Positions 62,895-64,000 of a stretch of DNA of 64,000 nucleotides are shown one piece after another. Under the pieces are notes generated by a model that was not told the origin of the DNA, did not search any database, and saw only the letters and a program-made list of their open reading frames with translations. Location: NCBI GenBank assembly GCA_963667465.2, contig CAXXDN010000001.1:160001-224000 (forward strand), given 5' to 3'. Source of the DNA: Dehalococcoidia bacterium (lineage in GTDB: Bacteria > Chloroflexota > Dehalococcoidia > UBA2979). The position numbers and the translations under genes are program-made. Each line of letters begins with the position of its first letter. The first letter of the stretch is position 1.

Positions 62895-64000
62895 GGGGGG
62901 TGTCCCCATCTTCTTCGTCAAGGGTCGCGGGCCGGTGACGGTGGGCAAGGGGAGGCCATCAGGCGGCCACGGGCTCGTGTTGCGGGCCCGCGGCCTGGTA
63001 CGCACGGCGCGAGCGAAGCATGGCGAGGATCACGTCGCAGCGCCGGCGCGCGAGGCAGATGACGGCCGCGTTGTGCGCCTTCCCCTCGGCCCGCTTGCGG
63101 TCGTAGAACGCCCTCGAGGCAGGGTCGCGCAGCGAGGCGAAGGCAGCGAGGAACATCGCGTTCTTGAGCCGGTGGTTGCCACGCCGGCTGCGGCCCTCGC
63201 CGCGGAGGCTGGAGCCGGACTGACGGGTCACGGGCGCGAGTCCGGCGTAGCTGGCGAGTCTCGATCCGTTTGCAAAGCGGGACCCGTCGCCGATCTCAGC
63301 GAGGATCCTCGACCCGGTCCGCGGACCGATGCCCGGAAGCGTGCCGAGGATGCGCCCGAACGGGTGCGCGTTGAAGAGCTCCGCGATCTCGGTCTCGAGC
63401 CGCTCGCGGCGCTCAAACATGCGGTCGAGTTCGACGACTACCTCGGCGATCACGCGCCCCATCACGGTCTCGACGGGCACGACGACGGTCTGCGCGTCGA
63501 GCGCTTCGGCTACAGCTGCGGCAAGGGCCCTGGCGAGGCGCGGGGAGCGCTTCCGGATGATGCGGGCGCTGCGGCCGCGGCCGGCCTGGGCCAGCGCTTC
63601 GGGCACGGGGTGGCGGGCGAGAAGGTCGCGGACACCCGGATGGTGCAGCCTGGGGCCGAGAACGCGCTCCAGGGCCGGGGAAACACCCGTCAGTGCGTCA
63701 CGAAGCCGGTTCGAGAGCCGTGTGGCGTCGGCCGCAAGGTCGGCGTCGTAGCCGTTGAGGACGCGCAACTGCGCGAGCAGCTCGTCGTCGCGGGCGTCGA
63801 GCCAGTGCACCTGGTGGCGCCGGGTGCGGCCGGTGTCGGCGAGCACGAAGGCGTCGCGGCGGTCGGTCTTGGCCTCGCCCGGGTAGAGGTCGGCGGCGCG
63901 GCGCATCACCAGTCCGGGCACGTAGGCAACGGGAACGCCCCGGCGAGCGGCGACCGCGAGCACGAGGCTCGCGAGCGAGCCGGGCTGATCCACGACCAGT
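62895..64000 (-). mobile_element. IS110-family insertion sequence (partial; left end outside window)
   Basis: Transposase plus right-end sequence TTGACGAAGAAGATGGGGACACCCCCCC; no terminal inverted repeat visible. Confidence 0.85.
62959..64000 (-). CDS. IS110-family transposase/recombinase (N-terminus truncated by window)
   Basis: VVDQP, KTDRRDA, LPGIGP, YAGLAPVTRQSG and GKAHNAAVICLARR motifs. Confidence 0.95.
   Translation of the reverse strand, partial: LVVDQPGSLASLVLAVAARRGVPVAYVPGLVMRRAADLYPGEAKTDRRDAFVLADTGRTRRHQVHWLDARDDELLAQLRVLNGYDADLAADATRLSNRLRDALTGVSPALERVLGPRLHHPGVRDLLARHPVPEALAQAGRGRSARIIRKRSPRLARALAAAVAEALDAQTVVVPVETVMGRVIAEVVVELDRMFERRERLETEIAELFNAHPFGRILGTLPGIGPRTGSRILAEIGDGSRFANGSRLASYAGLAPVTRQSGSSLRGEGRSRRGNHRLKNAMFLAAFASLRDPASRAFYDRKRAEGKAHNAAVICLARRRCDVILAMLRSRRAYQAAGPQHEPVAA

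Overview
High-GC bacterial chromosomal segment, most likely Chloroflexota/Dehalococcoidia-like. This is inferred from a stand-alone rpoBC, an 11-subunit nuo operon without nuoEFG, GAAC-N4-GTTC SOS boxes and LLM/enolase/SDR paralogues. The housekeeping backbone is glycerate kinase, rpoB-rpoC, a GlnR-like regulator with two glutamine synthetases, nuoABCDHIJKLMN, fhs, valS, ask-thrB, thiolase, tmk, pdxST, USP-trkA-trkA-pheA, fpg and a B12 radical SAM gene. Small accessory cassettes are interspersed: DUF3800, vapBC, DUF3574, Fic, nucleoside deoxyribosyltransferase, an ABC-ATPase + TOPRIM pair and a partial IS110. The most notable signals read directly from the DNA are: (1) a frameshifted DUF3800 (RNase H-like) cassette with a structured 3' RNA-like region whose 10-11-nt segments match both cassette/host junctions, plus a 9-bp flanking direct repeat; (2) a 71-72-bp tandem array of phased inverted half-sites upstream of a Fic-HTH gene; (3) a leaderless Val-codon leader peptide and terminator upstream of valS; (4) an actinobacterial-type GlnR with four 11-bp-phased boxes before glnA; (5) a LexA-boxed stand-alone NrdJ-type zinc-ribbon gene. 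No rRNA, tRNA or CRISPR array was seen. All family assignments are by motif recognition, with no database searches.
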